DNA from: the human T2T-CHM13v2.0 reference genome, Homo sapiens
Strand: one strand, 5' to 3'
Assembly (NCBI RefSeq): GCF_009914755.1
Contig: NC_060934.1
Length of the DNA stretch: 64,000 nucleotides
Shown here piece after piece: positions 57,209 through 64,000 of the stretch. The notes beneath the pieces were generated by a model. It made no database searches, had not been told where the DNA came from, and saw only the letters and a list, made by a program, of their open reading frames with translations. The position numbers were made by a program, and so were the translations under genes. Positions within the stretch are counted from its first letter, which is position 1. Each line of letters starts with the position of its first letter.

Positions 57209-57414
57209 CTTTTATTTTAGATATCCTCAAAACACTTAAAACACAATCCATTTTCAGATATTTTATTTTAGATATTTTATTTTAACTAGTTTAGATATCC
57301 TCAAAACACTTTTTATTTTATTTTAGATATTTTAGATAGCCTCAAAACACAAAATATCCTTTTATTTTAGATATCCTCAAAACACTTAAAACCCAATCCA
57401 TTTTTCAGATATTT
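57209..57414. repeat. Complex local duplication (two ~55-bp direct repeats 150 bp apart, with a patchwork spacer)
   Basis: tagata(t/g)cctcaaaacac occurs four times. Confidence 0.85.
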
Positions 57415-57539
57415 CTGAGATCTGATGGAAAATCACTACTGTTTTCTACCATCTTTCCCTACAATATACTCTTGTGCATCATTATTTATTTTCTTGGGTC
57501 AAAACTGAATGCTATTCTTGAGAGCTTTCCAACAAGACT

Positions 57540-57837
57540 CTTTTTTTTTTTGGACGAGATCTGAGTCTGTCACCCAAGGCTAGAGTGCAGTGGTGCAATG
57601 ATGACTTACTTCAACCTTGACCTCACAGGGTCAAGTGATCCTCCTGCCTCAGCCTCCCAGCCTCTTAAGCTGGGACTACAGGTGCATGCCACCATGCCCA
57701 GCTAATTTTTGTATTTTTGAGAGGAGGTCTCACTGTGTTGCCCAGGCTGGTATAGAACTCCTGAGCTCAAGCAATTCTCCCACCTTGGCCTTCCAAAGTG
57801 CTGGAATTACAGGTGTGTGAGTCACCACACCCAGTCC
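57540..57837 (-). mobile_element. AluJ
   Basis: Diverged reverse-complement dimer; TSD aacaa(g/t)actc. Confidence 0.85.
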
Positions 57838-58701
57838 AACAATACTCCTAATGCCACATTAAAAAAAATAATAATTTGGCATGTTTTACAGTTTCCTTTG
57901 TAAAATTTTTAGTGATTTTTAGATTTGACCTTTTTTCAAGGTGCTAGTTACTCAATACTATCTTTGGTTCCTAATTCAGTGGTTCTTGTAACAGCCAACA
58001 GCACTTTTTAGATATCAGGCCTTGCACTGTTTTATGGATACACAGAGTTAACTCACTGAATTCTCAGAAGAATCTTAGGAGGTAGACAATACTATTAGCT
58101 CATCATCCTTATTTTAGGAATGAAAAAATTTGGAGGCACTAAGATGCTTGGTAACTTGTCCAAGGTCACAGAGATAGTAAGAAGTGAGGTCAGGGTTTAA
58201 ACCCAAGAGGTCTGGCTCCAGAGTCCAGGACTCTTAAGCGTTACAATATACTGCCTTTTAATACCTTGAAGAAGACATAATGAGAGGACAAGTCCTTTAT
58301 GAATTAGTTTGTACCTAAAAGAAAAATGTTCTTTCAAAGGAAAAAATAAAACCTGATTATCTTCAACCTGAACTGCAAAACTTTATGATTTTCTGCTTTG
58401 TATACCTTCCCATGAAACTATGAAAGGATCTGTGATGATTCCTAGAGGTGACCATATTTCATTTACTCTTTTTTTTTTCCACATTTTATTATTATTATTA
58501 TACTTTAAGTTTTAGGGTACATGTGCACAATGTGCAGGTTTGTTACATATGTATACATGTGCCATGTTGGTGTGCTGCACCCATTAACTCGTCATTTAGC
58601 ATTAGGTATATCTCCTAATGCTATCCCTCCCCCCTCCCCCCAACCCACAACAGTCCCCAGTGTGTGATGCTCCCCTTCCTGTGTCCATGTGCTCTCATTG
58701 T

Positions 58702-62541
<3,840 letters not shown>

Positions 62542-62589
62542 TTATTTTGCTCGTTAGTTGATGCAGTTTCTTCCTAGCCTGGATGGTCT

Positions 62590-63599
62590 TTACAATTTGG
62601 CATGTTTTTGCAGTGGCTGGTACTGGTTGTTCCTTTCCATGTTTAGTGCTTCCTTCAGGAGCTCTTTTAGGGCAGGCCTGGTGGTGACAAAATCTCTCAG
62701 CATTTGCTTGTCTGTAAAGTATTTTATTTCTCCTTCACTTCTGAAGCTTAGTTTGCCTGGATATGAGATTCTGTGTTGAAAATTCTTTTCTTTAAGAATG
62801 TTGACTATTGGTCCCCACTCTCTTCTGGCTAGTAGAGTTTCTGCTGAGAGATTAGCTGTTAGTCTGATGGGCTTCCCTTTGTGGGTAACCCGACCTTTCT
62901 CTCTGGCTGCCCTTAACATTTTTCCTTCATTTCAACTTTGGTGAATCTGATAATTATGTGTCTTGGAGTTACTCTTCTGGAGGAGTATCTTTGTGGTGTT
63001 CTCTGTATTTCCTGAATTTGAATGTTGGCCTGCCTTGATAGATTGGGGAAGTTCTCCTGGGTAATATCCTGCAGAGTGTTTTCCAACTTGGTTCTATTCT
63101 CCCTGTCACTTTCAGGTACACCAATCAGATGTAGATTTGGTCTTTTCACATAGTCCCATATTTCTTGGAGGCTTTGTTCATTTCTTTTTATTCTTTTTTC
63201 TCTAAACTTCTCTTCTTGCTTCATTTCATTCATTTTGTCTTCCATCACTGATACCCTTTCTTCCAGTTGATTGCGTCGGCTACTGAGGCTTCTGCATTTG
63301 TCACGTGGCTCTCGTGCCTTGGTTTTCAGCTCCATCAGGTCCTTTAAGGACTTCTCTTCATTGGTTATTCTAGTTATCCATTCATCTAGTTTTTTTCCAA
63401 AGCTTTTACGTTCTTTGCCATTGGTTCGAATTTCCTCCTGTAGCTCGGAGTAGTTTGATCTTCTGAAGCCTTCTTCTCTGAACTCATCAAAGTCATTCTC
63501 CATCCAGCTTTGTTCCATTGCTGGTGAGAGGCTGCATTCCTTTGGAGGAGGAGAGGTGCTCTGATTTTTAGCAGTTGTTCTGCTCTGTTTTTTTCCCAT
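62590..63599 (-). pseudogene. Frameshifted L1 ORF1
   Basis: MGKKQ start; frameshift near 62915 (..VEMKEK / MLRAAREK..); ends ..QKHAKL*. Confidence 0.93.
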
Positions 63600-64000
63600 C
63601 TTTGTGGTTTTATCCACCTTTGGTCTTTGATGATGGTGACGTACAGATGGGTTTTTGGTGTGGATGTCCTTTCTGTTTGTTAGTTTTCCTTCTAACAGAC
63701 AGGACCCTCAGCTGCAGGTCTGTTGGAGTTTGCTAGAGGTCCACTCCAGACCCTGTTTTCCTGGGTATCAGCAGCAGAGGCTGCAGAATAGCAGATATTG
63801 GTGAACCCCAGATGCTGCTGCCTGATCGTTCCTCTGGAAGTTTTGTCTCAGAGGACTACCCGGCCGTGTGAGGTGTCAGTCCGCCGCTACTGGGGGGTCC
63901 TTCCCAGTTAGGCTACTCAGGGGTCAGGGACCCACTTGAGGAGGCAGTCTGCCCGTTCTCAGATCTCAAGCTGCGTGCTGGGAGAACCACTACTCTCTTC

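Noticed and set aside
57209-57414. CRISPR-like repeat-spacer array
   Set aside because: Human intron; the spacers are themselves fragments of the repeat and the spacing is irregular
63860-64000. L1 ORF0 / antisense promoter product
   Set aside because: The window ends inside the 5'UTR before the ORF0 region, so neither ORF0 nor the 5' TSD can be assessed

Overview
Human genomic DNA (a human-specific AluYb8 is present) from the middle of ITGA8 (integrin alpha-8), transcribed on the minus strand. Ten coding exons were delimited by GT-AG boundaries with consistent phases: 54886-54843, 53020-52964, 49366-49314, 41008-40803, 38205-38014, 10557-10512, 7765-7658, 2309-2254, 1850-1696 and 441-304 (1055 nt in total; exons 9-18 by my recalled numbering). 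They splice into one open frame covering the Ca2+-binding FG-GAP blades of the beta-propeller and the thigh domain. The rest is intron, rich in repeats: about 25 Alus, a near full-length but frameshifted L1PA4-like LINE-1 lying sense to the gene (58469 to window end), a twin-primed inverted L1, a nested cluster of ERV/MaLR LTRs (19.6-24.1 kb), DNA-transposon MITEs and microsatellites. I found no new gene system. The best leads are a MER41B-type LTR that retains tandem STAT GAS motifs, a pristine AluYb8 forming an inverted Alu pair around exon 12, a CArG+MEF2 motif pair in unique intronic DNA, the sense L1 with its ZNF93-target segment, and two unexplained local duplication scars. Repeat subfamily names and exon numbers are from recalled consensus sequences and have not been checked by search.
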